Assembly: GCA_030248215.1 (NCBI GenBank) | Contig: JASANG010001107.1 | Span: 62,001 to 126,000 of the forward strand | Length of the DNA stretch: 64,000 nucleotides | From: Enoplolaimus lenunculus | Taxonomy: Eukaryota | Reading direction: 5' to 3' | Part shown: piece after piece, positions 15,817 through 29,647 of the stretch | How positions within the stretch are numbered: the first letter of the stretch is position 1 | Layout of the letters: each line of letters begins with the position of its first letter | The notes under the pieces: generated by a model | Told to the model about the DNA's origin: nothing | Seen by the model: only the letters and a program-made list of their open reading frames with translations | The model's database searches: none | Program-made: the position numbers and the translations under genes

Positions 15817-16963
15817 GTAAATATTAAACGTAACATGTAAAGTATAACCCGAAATGGCGTTTTTCTATTATTCCTCCTAGACAGCGCTTGCCCAAAAATG
15901 GTCAAATTTTCAAAACTGTTGCATATTTAAGCTTCTCATGACGTCCCTTTAATCATTTCGCGCCAAAATTTGATTTTATTCGATTTCGAAAAGTTAAACA
16001 AATTATATACCTTTAGACGCAGCTTGCAGAGCTAAGACGGCTGGTGCTAAGTTTTTCGCAACCAGTGTGATCAAATAACTGATTTGCAGCGATATCTCGA
16101 GGTAAAAAATTTTTAACCCTACACCACCTCGCGGAAATTTTCGTTGGATCTCCATGGGTATCCCTGCCAAACAAATTTGAAGTTGTCCACCGAGTTCTGA
16201 GCAAAATATATCCCAAGCTTATTTAGTTATATGCTCAATTCGCGCGAAGCACGAAAGTTTTCAAAAGTATAACTGTCAAACTACTAAATCGTGTCTGAAT
16301 CCAAGGTTGAACATATTTAGGATGGTTGTGGAAACTGTCAAAACGACCACGCATTCAATCAAATAGAAAAGAAATAGCATTGAATTGAAAATTCGGCTTG
16401 TGGCTAAATACTAATTGTAGTGACCCGAATAAAAGGGGGTCACTAGTATTTATTTTGCCTCACCAAAGACTACCCTGAGCAGCTTTGCTATTCGGTTCTG
16501 TACTAATTAATCAGTTTGGCTCTGTTTGATACCGACTATTACTGAGAGACTCTTACTGATTTAGACTCAAACCACAAAGTCCGAATTCTTATAACCCCCT
16601 CTAATTCGGCGCACTTAATTGCAAATTGTTCGAATCATAATTTCGAATGCTGGGGAAGTCTGCATCCACATCCACATCCGCAAAATCATGTGCGATTCTT
16701 AAATCTCTAAACAGCATATATACATCATATGTTTTTCACTTCAACGTTACGCTACAAGACGCTTTTTCAAAAGGTTATACTGTCGGTCAGTAAACTTTTA
16801 AACCCCAATTGATCCATCACAGACCGGTGCCATTAAATTTCAAAACACTTCGCTGCCAGTAATTCCTTTAAGGGCTTCTGAGATTAGAGATATTAATTTA
16901 AAAATAACAAACCCAAACGATTTTTTGTAATGTCAGTTTCTGAAATTAATATTAAAATTAATC

Positions 16964-17151
16964 GGCCAATGTTACTTTATGGGGCGTAACAGTAGATTAA
17001 ACCTATTCTTAAGCCTAAGCCTAAGCCTAAGCGTTGCAAAAATGAATTCCTAAGCCTAAGCCTAAGCCTAGGCAAAGTGTAATCTAGAATCTAAATCTAC
17101 TGTTTTACATACCCACCGGAAACCTGAACGCCCCTTAAAGTAACGTGGGCT
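16964..17151. mobile_element. GG-terminal MITE family A with internal (GCCTAA)n
   Basis: Same TIRs. 8-bp TSD AATTAATC/AATTTATC. Confidence 0.88.
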
Positions 17152-17752
17152 AATTTATCGGTAGGAAACTGCATGACGATATGCTGCCCAAAAGATCTAC
17201 TCAGATCTGATTGACCGTTCATTTTTACACTATAGTCTGACAGCCAGCATATTCGCACGAAATTTAATCACAAACTACGAATCTTTGTCAAAGGTCACAA
17301 GTCGAACTTAAGGAGCGAACTTAAAATTCAATATCGGTTAAGGAACTGTTTCTTTACCTATTAGTTTTTCTTTAACTTAGTTTATTACGTGTTCGAAGCA
17401 TGATTCAGGCATATATATTCGTCCCTCTGGCCAAAGATTTTTAAAACAGCATGTACCAAAAATTTGATGTTTGAAACATTTTCCTCGTCTCTCTAAAAAT
17501 GGTCTTAGTCTCTCTGCTAACAAGTCACAATTCCAGATTGCGGAAATTGTTTTATTTCATATCGCTTGTAAACTGCCCATATATGAAGGTAGTGCTAGCG
17601 CTAGGCTCAAATGACTTCTTTGCTAGCGTGAGCGCCAGCCAGCAAAGTGCGTTAAATTCAGCTACACACGCTTTATAGAGGTTACTTATCTAATCGTATA
17701 ACATGTGTTGCGTTCCTACGAACAAACTAAAGAGCGACCTGTTCGAACTAGC

Positions 17753-17933
17753 GGCCAATATATAGAGCAGGACCGGAACAGTAGTATAAGCATATTCCTA
17801 AGCCTAAGCCTAAGCCTAAACGTAAGAAAGAGCTTATACCTAAGACTAAACAAAAAATTAATCTAAAGCTTAAGCTTAGGTACTCTATTGCAAACCCACG
17901 AAAAACGTTCCACCCCTGATCTTTGCATAGGCC
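17753..17933. mobile_element. GG-terminal MITE family B with internal (GCCTAA)n
   Basis: GGCCAATAT / GCATAGGCC ends. 8-bp TSD GAACTAGC/GAAGTAGC. Homologous to 45221-45405. Confidence 0.85.
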
Positions 17934-18250
17934 GAAGTAGCAACATAAAACTACAACATAATAAATCTTCGCGCTTTAAGCATCGAAAAGCCATTAAACA
18001 CGGTGTCTATTTGTACCAGGCGCACACTAATAAAGAAAAATCTTGAATCTGCTAAAATACCGCACAATATAAATACAACTGAAACCTAAAATAGGAGTCT
18101 GTTTATTGAAAGATACGCCTTGTATTTGCTAAGTTTGAAAAGTATGTTTCATTATTCAATTTGTTAACGGGTTCTTATAGTACACTAATATCGTTTGCAA
18201 AGCGGGTTAACATAAGTGGATAACTGCAAGAACCAGAAAGGTCTGAACTT

Positions 18251-20408
18251 GAGCAAAGCCTCATATCGCCAAAGCTATTATGGCAATCGCGAGCAAAGAC
18301 TCATATCGCCAAAGCTATTATGGCAATCGCGAGCAAAGACTCATATCGCCAAAGCTATTATGGCAATCGCGAGCAAAGACTCATATCGCCAAAGCATATG
18401 GCAATCGCGAGCAAAGACTCATATCGCCAAAGCTATTATGGCAATCGCGAGCAAAGACTCATATCGCCAAAGCTATTATGGCAATCGCGAGCAAAGACTC
18501 ATATCGCCAAAGCTATTATGGCAATCGCGAGCAAAGACTCATATCGCCAAAGCTATTAGGCAATCGCGACAAAGACTCAATCGCCTTTAGCTCCGCACAA
18601 GACTCATCGCCTAAGCAGCAAAACATATCGCCAAAGCTATTATGGCAATCGCGAGCAAAGACTCAATCGCCAAAGCTATTATGGCAATCGCGAGCAAAGA
18701 CTCATATCGCCAAAGCTATTATGGCAATCGCGAGCAAAGACTCATATCGCCAAAGCTATTATGGCAATCGCGAGCAAAGACTCATATCGCCAAAGCTATT
18801 ATGGCAATCGCGAGCAAAACTCAATCGCGCTATATGCAATCGCAGACTCATCGCCCAACGCGAGAACCAATCGCCAGCTATTATGGCAATCGCGAGCAAA
18901 GACTCATATCGCCAAAGCTATTATGGCAATCGCGAGCAAAGACTCATATCGCCAAAGCTATTATGGCAATCGCGAGCAAAGACTCATATCGCCAAAGCTA
19001 TTATGGCAATCGCGAGCAAAGACTCATATCGCCAAAGCTATTATGGCAATCGCGAGCAAAGACTCATATCGCCAAAGCTATTATGGCAATCGCGAGCAAA
19101 GACTCATATCGCCAAAGCTATTATGGCAATCGCGAGCAAAGACTCATATCGCCAAAGCTATTATGGCAATCGCGAGCAAAGACTCATATCGCCAAAGCTA
19201 TTATGGCAATCGCGAGCAAAGACTCATATCGCCAAGCTATTATGGCAATCGCGAGCAAAGACTCATATCGCCAAAGCTATTATGGCAATCGCGAGCAAAG
19301 ACTCATATCGCCAAAGCTATTAGGCAATCGCGACGCAGCAATCGCAGCAAAGACTCATATCGCCAAAGCTATTATGGCAATCGCGAGCAAAGACTCATAT
19401 CGCCAAAGCTATTATGGCAATCGCGAGCAAAGACTCATATCGCCAAAGCTATTATGGCAATCGCGACAAAGACTCATATCGCCAAAGCTATTATGGCAAT
19501 CGCACAAAGACTCATATCGCCAAAGCTATTATGGCAATCGCGAGCAAAGACTCATATCGCCAAAGCTATTATGGCAATCGCGAGCAAAGACTCATATCGC
19601 CAAAGCTATTATGGCAATCGCGAGCAAAGACTCATATCGCCAAAGCTATTATGGCAATCGCGAGCAAAGACTCATATCGCCAAAGCTATTATGGCAATCG
19701 CGAGCAAAGAGTCATATCGCCAAGCTATTATGGCAATCGCGACAAAGACTCATATCGCCAAAGCTATTATGGCAATCGCGAGCAAAGACTCATATCGCCA
19801 AAGCTATTATGGCAATCGCGAGCAAAGACTCATATCGCCTGGCATCGCGAGCAAAGTCTCATATCCACAAAGCTATTATGGCAATCGCGAGCAAAGACTC
19901 ATATCGCCAAAGCTATTATGGCAATCGCGAGCAAAGACTCATATCGCCAAAGCTATTATGGCAATCGCGAGCAAAGACTCATATCGCCAAAGCTATTATG
20001 GCAATCGCGAGCAAAGACTCATATCGCCAAAGCTATTATGGCAATCGCGAGCAAAGACTCATATCGCCAAAGCTATTATGGCAATCGCGAGCAAAGACTC
20101 ATATCGCCAAAGCTATTATGGCAATCGCGAGCAAAGACTCATATCGCCAAAGCTATTATGGCAATCGCGAGCAAAGACTCATATCGCCAAAGCTATTATG
20201 GCAATCGCGAGCAAAGACTCATATCGCCAAAGCTATTATGGCAATCGCGAGCAAAGACTCATATCGCCAAAGCTATTATGGCAATCGCGAGCAAAGACTC
20301 ATATCGCCAAAGCTATTATGGCAATCGCGAGCAAAGACTCATATCGCCAAAGCTATTATGGCAATCGCGAGCAAAGACTCATATCGCCAAAGCTATTATG
20401 GCAATCGC
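18251..20408. repeat. 40-bp tandem satellite, about 54 copies
   Basis: Unit GCAATCGCGAGCAAAGACTCATATCGCCAAAGCTATTATG. Most copies are identical, with a few degenerate patches. Confidence 0.98.
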
Positions 20409-22650
20409 CGAGCTCGATTTAAAATTATCCAATTAGCTTTGCTCAAAACATACGGTACACAGCTACAACAAATTCGCCGCTGCAAAATGTTCCAACGAAA
20501 TTGTAGTAAAACCAGAATTTTATATAAATTTTCGTAGCACGTTAAAACATTAGTTAGATCAATCCGAATTGGGCCTTGGTCAGCTTTTGCTTCATAAAAA
20601 CATGCTACCAACACAAGTTTCGTTCAGATTTGCAACACTGTCTAAATTTCAATATATCAAACTACTGGTGCCCATATTCACAAATGCGTGTAGCAGTTAA
20701 CATCAATTGGTTAATGAAACTTTTAAATTAAAGAGTGGACAGCGTCAAAATTTAGGAAATTTGTGTTTCTAACTTGCTCTGCAACTATGAAATGTTTCCG
20801 ATCCAGCCCTATTTAATAATAGTTCGCTGGTTTGAAGACCAGCAATTAACTGTTGATTTCTGATACACACAGTTGACTACGACTGCATATTAAATGTAAA
20901 ATTATATACATTTTTGTGGGCAAATAAATTACCACTTTTAAAATATTACTAAAAATTTGAGAACTAAAATTTCAAGAAAACTCCAAACAAAATTTATACC
21001 AAAATTGCAAGGTCGTTAACTTCCCTGTGGTACCCTGGCTTGAATTTAACAAAGTAACTTTTTTGGGTAACTTCGACCGGTTTGTTTAAAAAAGCTATCT
21101 CATATTTTTGAACCGATTCGAAAAATATCATTCCATACACCAATATGACTAGAGTGCGGAATGTTTCTGAAAAAAAACAGCACGACACCAAATAAGCAAT
21201 ACGCAAATGGCAAGCCGTCTTTCTCTTGTCCTACACAGATGCTTGGAAGAAGTATAGCTTGCCAATGGGTTGGTTACATAGCTAGTACGTTTGCGCGTTG
21301 GGTGCTTACGTGGCACAAAATAAGAGTAGCCAAAACCTTTGTGTACTGTGACTGTGTAGGTCTTTCGGTGACTGCTGGCCAGGAGCGCAGCAGAGCATTA
21401 AAAAAGGACAACTTACGGGAGGCGCGATATATAATATCAGAAAAACCTTCGAGACCGAAGCGAGCATAAAGCCAAACCCATAATTTTAGCAGTTAATTCT
21501 GATGCAAAGTTTTGGTTTCGAATATCTGTGAGCCTTTCACCCCACCACTTGTTGTTACCCCTTGTGCTCAGCTGAAATATCCTATGGTACTAGGCACAAT
21601 ACTTTATCTCACAGGCTTATTGCCAATTTAGCCGGGCGGAATTGTATATTCGATGACTAACAAACCAGTGACCGCAAACCAAATATATGCTATGTATTTG
21701 TCTGTAGGTTGGATAGGAATAAATAATTCTGAGAAGAATAGTAGATTGATTCATAATGATATTCTGGGAATTTATCCTGTTGGTTAGACGAGCGCTTTGG
21801 CAAAAACAACAGTTTTGTCAACATAAATTAATTTACCGGAACTTGTGAATTTCTATATGAGCAACAAAATCATGTAGCTGAAAGCGCTAACTTGTAAGCG
21901 TGGCCGGTTTGGAGTTTCTGAGCCTTACGGCATTTTTAACCCTAAAATACCTTTATATGCCGTTGACACTTTGACAGGCTGGTTTTATGCTCTCACCTAG
22001 AAATCGTTCGTTTCACTAAGCCCATCACAGCACAAAGTTCCTACCTATATTTACCTATATTTCGTATTACTTCACTGTTTAAGATTGGCGTCAGATGACT
22101 TACAAGCGATGTTGACAGTTTTCTAGAAACTTCCAAAATTTATCATAATAAAGGCTGCGCCCTGCCTCTTCACTGGCAACGAACCTGGATTGCATAGTTT
22201 ACTTATGATTCTCAATGACATAAGATCGAAAGTTTATATATTCTAAATCCGCTATTTATGTACGCCATTATTTATTAGTGCTGCAGAGAAACATGAAAAA
22301 TTCGTCGCATTCTAAGATTAATTTCTGCCGAAAATGACAGACCTAATTAAGCTTGTTAGCTGAACGTTGTTCGTTCTCATTATCCACTTGGTATGGTCCT
22401 ATTAGAACGCTAATTTGTAAAGAAAGTATTTTTTGGCCAGAAAAACTTGATTCGGCATATGAAGTGTTCGACAAATATTAATTTCAATTCGTAGGTAAAC
22501 TTTTTGCCTAAAATAGCCGGACGTTTCTGAATGATTTGGCGACAAAAAATGCTCTTTCCTATTCTCCAATCAGGCAACTAACGCCACAATACAATTATTA
22601 TTGGTCATGAAATTACTAATCGAAATACGCTCCGGAAAACTGTGCGTGGG

Positions 22651-22664
22651 GTAACCATGGTAAC
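22651..22664. promoter_or_regulatory. RFX/DAF-19 X-box
   Basis: GTAACCATGGTAAC, a full match to GTNRCC-N2-RGYAAC. Confidence 0.5.
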
Positions 22665-25600
22665 TAAGTCGTGTACTCTATATTTGGCCGTCAGACTTAC
22701 TAAAATATAAATTACACAGGCGCAACGTTACGAAATTGCTATACATACCCAAACTGCTCGAATACATACATATAAGTCAACTTGATTGCAAAACAAGAAG
22801 CATAGTAGAGTATCTAGGATTTCGTTTTTGGAAGGGTATTAACCTTATAAAATGAAAGTGATTCATTCTAAAGAACCAGCAGTGTAATCTAAAGTCAAAC
22901 GTGCCTATTTTGATTATATATAACTCCATGAATTTTGTGGACGAAATTGTGGTGTCATCTCTTAATGTATATATCCCTGCATATATAACCTTACGTTTAA
23001 ATTGAACTGGAAAGAAAAGTCAATCTATTATTTAAAGAAAATCATATTTTATTTGCCTGTGAACCAATTTTTCAGTAGTCATTTAAAGTCAGTAAAAGCA
23101 TGACTACAGTGCTACATACAGGTGATTTTAAAACAACGTGTTTATATGTAGGTATATATTAATTTAATGCTAGGCTCATGGTGAATGGTTCATAAATTTT
23201 AGTGTTAGCCAGGAAATTGTAGATCTTAGTTTATATATTCCAGGGTGCAAAGCAGAACCGGATTACACCGGAATTGGAACCAAACTAAAAATGTTGTGAC
23301 TGTTCGGATAGCACCTATCACCAGTTGGTGATAGGTGTTGTATCTTCGAACTAGTGAATTGTGAGGCTCAAATTTAGCAAATTTTGCACATATAATTTGT
23401 TCTACTCCTTTGTCAATTTTGAGTTCAACAACTGCAATAGTTAGTGAGTTTGAAAACTTGTTGCTAACTGATAATAGTTGCCACGGCTTTGTCGAGTTTC
23501 ATGCTTTTAGTAGGTACTCGGACGTGTAAAACGGGCCCACAGACGTCTTCACGGTGGGAATTGGGGGGCGTGCGTCACACCAAGTTTGGTTGGTGCCCCT
23601 CCTTAAACTGACAAGGTCTAAAAGTTAACAATCTTGAATTGCAAATGCAGGGGCACCACTAAATTATTCCGTGCCCCACAAACATAATTTTCTGCGGACG
23701 TCCGTAAATGAATTAGCACAAAATTATGTAATGGCATTAGCTTTCATAGTCGTCCACGCAATGCTAAAAATGCTTCATAATATTGATGTGCTCTTATACA
23801 CTCTGCCACATTTTAGGTTAAGCCACAGGCATATGCTAAGATTTATACTTAAACTTAAAGAAAGGCTTTATGTTTAGGCGCTGGTAGATCTTGTCCCAAG
23901 CCTAAACCTATGCATACAAGTAACGTAGGTGAAGTGTACAAGAGCAGTAATTTATTGATGCTTTTAACCTCACTTTATCCATTTCGCATCTCCATAAGAG
24001 GTTATAGAAATACTAGCTCACTTTAGTTATAAGAGCTTGTGCACTAAACCTTACCTTTAGCTTAAGACAAAGCTTCAAAGTCTATAAGTCCTCCAGTCTC
24101 TATCTCTCGTAGTGGGCAGGCCGCTATAATTAACAGGAACCGAAATGCTGATTAAATAGCAAAAGGTTTGAGAGTTGAAGCGCCCAAAAAATTACTGAGG
24201 CAAATAAACTTTATAACAATACATTGCTCACAAAATTCATATATTTTTTTACGAACATGTAAAGCGCAGAACTGTACAATACACTTTAATATTGAAATAC
24301 ACAGATTGAATTTGCGTGTGGAAAACTCTGAATTGTAGCGATGCAAAATGACGAAAAAGAACAAAGATTACAGTCGCTTTTTTGCGACTTGAGGATACTG
24401 CAAGTAAAAAATTACTTGTATACAAAAGAAACCGTTAGTTTTTTCACCGCTAATTTGTGAAACATAGGTGGTACTTGTACGCTTTCCTCCGTAACTATTC
24501 TTACATACACGATATGATGTAGCCTAAACCTTTGAATACAGAAATACAAACTTTAGCATACAATCTAAGCTTGAGTTTGTTGAACTATGAAATTTAATTT
24601 TCGAATGCGACTGCGTGTGCAATCATCACACAGCTGCATAGATTCTCACAGATCGTGGAAGCAAATGAATGTGTCAGAAAACCCTGCAAGTCGTAGCGAG
24701 GCATGCTCAATAATAAAAGTTCATGACTCGCCACTTTTTCGAACTTTAGTGATGACTTCGCTCCACAGTGAAAAATTTAAGAACGAAGTAAAAATGTTTC
24801 CTAAATTCAGCCGAAAACTCGTATTAAATTTGTAATATAAAACGTTTTAAAGAAATTTATTTTAGGTCAAAAACCATTTCTTACTATCATAAAATGAAAG
24901 AAATTGGCCAGAAATGATTTAAACGGGTAAACATTTTTAAATAATTTGGGTAAGCTAATAAAATTATGAGTTAAAAATTTAATAACTTTGTACAGCTATT
25001 GCTGAAGAATTGCCCAATGACTTTATTCGTATTCAAGGGTATATGCGCGCGTTATAGAGCCAAATTATGAATATCGTACTTCACAAATGCGTTTACAAAC
25101 GCGTTAAAAACAAACGTAACGTAAAGATATAGTCAATCGTCTTACGATAGAAACGAGTGCTTAGGTTCGGGTTCCGGTTTTGAAACAAAATGGGCCTCCT
25201 TCCAGCTTCGGTAGTATTTTGTCGAAGATGACGGCAGTTTCGGAAGTGAAATTTTTCGCAGTTACCTAAAGTTTGTTAACTTTGACGAATTTCTTAAAAG
25301 TTTAATTGTTTTAAAGGTTCGAAAATTGAAAATCTGATAATGTTATTTTCAAAGCATTTCGTAGGTTTAAAATTAACGAATCCTAGATTATTTGGACTGT
25401 TTTTTCCTTTTCACGTCACCTCCGGATCATGAAAATCTTGTGAACCTTCGGTTATTGCATGTTCCCACCGCCCACAATATATTTATACCATTCGTTATAT
25501 ATACACTGGTTTAAATATAGAGCAAAATAAAAATAAGCTTCAAACATATATATTGAATGGTATATAATAAAATATGACTAGGCATTAAGTAATAAAAATA

Positions 25601-27289
25601 TTAAACACTGCCCGTTTACTACAAGAAACATAAAAGGGAAACCAAAAATAGCACAAGACAATGTCAGTGAGTTCGAGATAGGGTCCCCCGGACTTTCAAC
25701 AAACCGACAAATTTAAGTGATACCAGTTGCGGACCCGGATTGTTCTGGCGGGAGAGGGTATATACTTTTTGTATTTCAAAGTTTTACGGTTTGAATGCGC
25801 GTTTACAGCAATTTTTTGATAATTTAAACTTAAAGGCTCGAAATTTTTTAATTGGGACTGTAACTTCACCATATTTTTCACCCGTTTGGCTTTAAATGTT
25901 CAGAACTTCAGAGCCAGTGGGGGCTGAAACCGTGCAAATAGCTGATTTGTTGCAACTGTAGCCGTATAAATTTCAGCAAACGATTTCCTTCGTTTTTAAA
26001 ACATAACTTGTATCTTACTGGCTCCTAGTGATACTCAATGAAAGGTAAAATAAACGGTATCGCGCCAATTCGTCACCCGACAACTCGATGATCAACTTGT
26101 AATCCGGAAATTAATCTATTCGACAACGCGTCGACCATGATTATGTTTAGGCTTAGGATTGCTTAGATTTATTCTTTGGCTTTTAGGACACTGTCGGCTT
26201 ACAAGTTGCCGCGCGACGAATAATCGTAGATTCAAAAGAAATGCAAAACATTTCAGCTACCATATAACAACCATCTGTTGTGTACATCATGCCCTTAGCC
26301 AGCTCCACATTCCAGTGAGAGGGAAACAGTTTTCCTAGAGACATGTAGAAACATTTTGTCTTCCGTAAAAAATTTTCAGTATCGCTTGTAAGTCTAGGAA
26401 CCCTTGTATGTCCCTCCTGAGAAATTTTTAGCCCCCGAGAAAGGTAAGTTGGCTGCCGGCCTGCACCATGCACAGTGTAGAAGAAACACGTCCCATGCTG
26501 CTCAAATCAGGCAAAATTTTCACTGGCAGCGGATCCCAAATAAAATAAATTGAAAACAGATAGAGCAGAACTATAGCTGTCCTTCGACGCCGTGCAGTAA
26601 TTGCTGTGCGATGTCGCACGGTGACGGACGGCGCCGGGTGGCAATGACAGGCATTAAAACCGTTCACAAAGTACAGCGCGCAACCATAAACCACCTTATA
26701 AAACAACTTACTTTTATTCGAAACAAAATTGAAACACGCAGTAGAGTTGCCGTAACCGCTATCTTGTCTGCTAGTCATCGAGCAATGATTGTGCTGGATG
26801 TGCAATATTACTAATAATGTTTCGCTTGATAAACAAACTACGGACGATTCGAGTACAACTTTAATAAATAAAACTAAATTTTGATCGAATGATAAGTGGC
26901 AGAAACTGCAATATGTATAGTTTCACTGAAAAATATATTAATTCAGGTTTGTGTTCGACTTTAAAGGGCAAGCGGCATAATTGCCAGCTGAACGATATAG
27001 ATCCCACCCAAATGCTAGTTTATATCTTTTTACAAAAGCCAGTTGAAGGTGACCGATGAAGTATAAAATAGTGGCCTAATTCTAAATCAAAGTAGTAACG
27101 ACAACTGTAAATATACCAAGAGCATAAATGTCTCAGCTAATTGTTTGTTCAATTTGTTGAACCATATACTTAAAGATCACAGACGGAACGTTTTTCTGCA
27201 GGACTGTAGTATAATAAGCTTAAGCATTAGACTCATTGTTTTGCTTTAAGCTTAGCTATACTTAAGCTCATTTTTACGCTTAGGCTTTT

Positions 27290-27495
27290 AGGCTTAGTAA
27301 TAGGTATGCTTACACTTTGATCAAAAGTCGTTGAATTATCAGCTTGATCAAAAATATACGCTGGCTTAGCTCGATCAATTGAAATTTTTTCAATATTGCC
27401 ATTGATATTAACTGTCACAGTTTTTGAATCACGACCTAACACTTGAAAAGGTCCATTGTAACGATTACTTAATGTAGACTTAGGAGCAGGACCAA
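27290..27495 (-). mobile_element. Ty3/Gypsy retrotransposon relic, integrase C-terminal GPY/F module
   Basis: LSNRYNGPFQVLGRDSKTVTVNINGNIEKISIDRAKPAY matches the GPY/F...IDRLKPA pattern. No RT, RNase H or LTR was recognised nearby. Confidence 0.75.
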
Positions 27496-29647
27496 TTCCA
27501 CACATTTCCATGCTTGACCTGGAGTCACAAATTACTTTTGAAAGAAACCAACTGGAAAAAATGTAAGTTGTCAATGTTTTGCTCAAAAACGCTTCACACG
27601 CGAAGCTATTGCAAGATCCAGTCACAGCAGATACACGCACACCACAAACATAAACGGCCTATATTCCACGTGGAACGAACATGTTTAAATCTACGTCCAG
27701 GTGCACTTTTAGAGGCAAATATGAAGCATGCTGCTATGTGGTCTACCGGTGAACACACCACATTCCATAAAGTAACAGTAATCCTAGAACCACTGTACGC
27801 TAGAGGGTTGGACTTCTGCAACAAATATGCGCGTATAATCCAGTAGTATAGTCTGGGTGGAAACAGGATTTTTTTCGTGAGGGTAGGGTATAATCTCATG
27901 TGAAAAAATTTTGTTGGTGAGCTACATTTCCCATCGAGACTGTGTATTCAAAAGTCTGTTCTGGGGTCTCTCTTTAAATTTCGACGAAGATTACAATATC
28001 CCCTGTCTCCGTCCTTTGTGTATGCCACTGATTATGGGCACTCTGTCTCTATTTAGATGAGACAACTAAACCTCAAGGATAAATTGAGTTTGAAACGGAA
28101 CATAGTGTAAGGGTTATATTTCCCGAATGGGTTATAAAATGCTGGAGGTAAAGTTACCGTAGGACGTTTTGCTACAGAGTGTTTGAATGTAGAATGCTGT
28201 ATACTTTCAGTATATAATTTTACCTACAGTTGGAAATTGAATAAACTAGACGCAAACTTATGTGATAGCTTTAATAGTCGAATGGAATGTGAAACATTTC
28301 AATTGAAGAAACAAATTGAAATTTTTGCAAATCATATTCTAGTTTAATCCTTTTAGCAGCAATATTAGAATATTATTTAAATTAAGATTCGATATTTTTG
28401 AGCCCGCGCTAGTTAGGTTTAGCGCTAGGTTTAGCCACAGGACTAGGGTTAGGCTTCGAAAAGTAATCTGTATCATATTTAAAGCGGGAACGCCCTACAT
28501 TATATCTTAGTCAGCCTTCCAGCACCGTGGTGAACATTGCTTTTAAGAATATAAAGATCGTTTTACGAAATAATTACTACCGATGGCTATTAGTAATCGG
28601 AAAACTGAGAAATCTGGCTTTCTATCAAATCACATTTGATGTGTTGGTGGCAGCAGCTAAACAATTACAACTGTTACACTATCTAACTAAAGAGAAAATT
28701 TATTTCTCAGGCCAAACAAGTCCTTTAACCCACTGTATGATTCCCTAACCAGGAACAAGGTATAAGCCGACATTAAATGCACACTAAAACAAAACGAACC
28801 AACGCTATATCAGACCTCTTCATCATTTGCCGTTTGAAGCATACAAATAATTATAAAATAAAAATAATGAGTTTTCTTTTATAAATATTATATATACACC
28901 TACAACTGTTCTGATCGACACAAACCCAATTCTTTATGACTTTAGAGCAAAGGCAAATAGCTGGACCTAAAAGCAAACGAATTAGGGGCATACTTACACA
29001 AGGTGGATACGAGAAAGAGAATATAATTTTCATGTAAAGAAATTTCTGGAGAAAAGGGAAAAAGCACATGTAAGGTTAAAATTCTTTGACTCGCTACAGA
29101 TGCTGACAAAACTTTGTTACATTGCTATACCCTGTTGAAGGGAAATCCTGGTTTTGAAACTATAAGAAATAGCCATTAACCAGTTTTGGCAAAAAACATG
29201 CGACATTTGGTGCCAAACGTTTGTATATACGGTCGCAAAGTCAAACGAAATCAGCTTTTGGTTAAACCGGGCATTAATTATACTGTTTGGCACGGTTAAG
29301 GTTTAGTCGGTTACAACAAATCTATTAAAAGTGCACGGCAGTCGCAATTGTAACTAAGCGTTGTAAGACATTTGGTCATAATCTTGCTAAAGTTTGCCTG
29401 ACCTTTATACCAACCAAGACATGAAACTGAAATAAAGCAGGCGTGCGGAACTGTATTTTTCTTGCTTCGGAATCCAAATTTTAGCCTACAGGTATTTCTT
29501 TGGTTCTGAATTGCAACCCCAGTTGGCTTTGGTTTCAGTTGGAGATTTAAACCTATGCATACTTTAATTGTCATTACAAAAAATTATGTAAAATTTTATA
29601 CTTAAATTTCCTTTTTTTGTTTCCTCGATTTTAATAATCACCCACTA

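Noticed and set aside
18251..20408. CRISPR array
   Set aside because: Head-to-tail repeats without unique spacers, no cas genes, and a eukaryotic context. The same applies to the 93-bp and 25-bp arrays.
18216..20537. Long ORFs (up to 631 aa) in three frames
   Set aside because: They result from a stop-free 40-bp satellite unit. The same peptide appears in every frame and there is no recognisable domain.
26183..26814. Overlapping 67-125 aa ORFs and a strong + strand donor at 26443
   Set aside because: No recognisable domain and no consistent exon chain.
27590..27690. Possible Merlin/ISXO2 transposase remnant (LQDPVT...HTTNINGLYSTW)
   Set aside because: Only a loose resemblance to the DPxTG-HTNxIE motif. 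It needs a frameshift and lacks other DDE motifs. An HMM search would be required.
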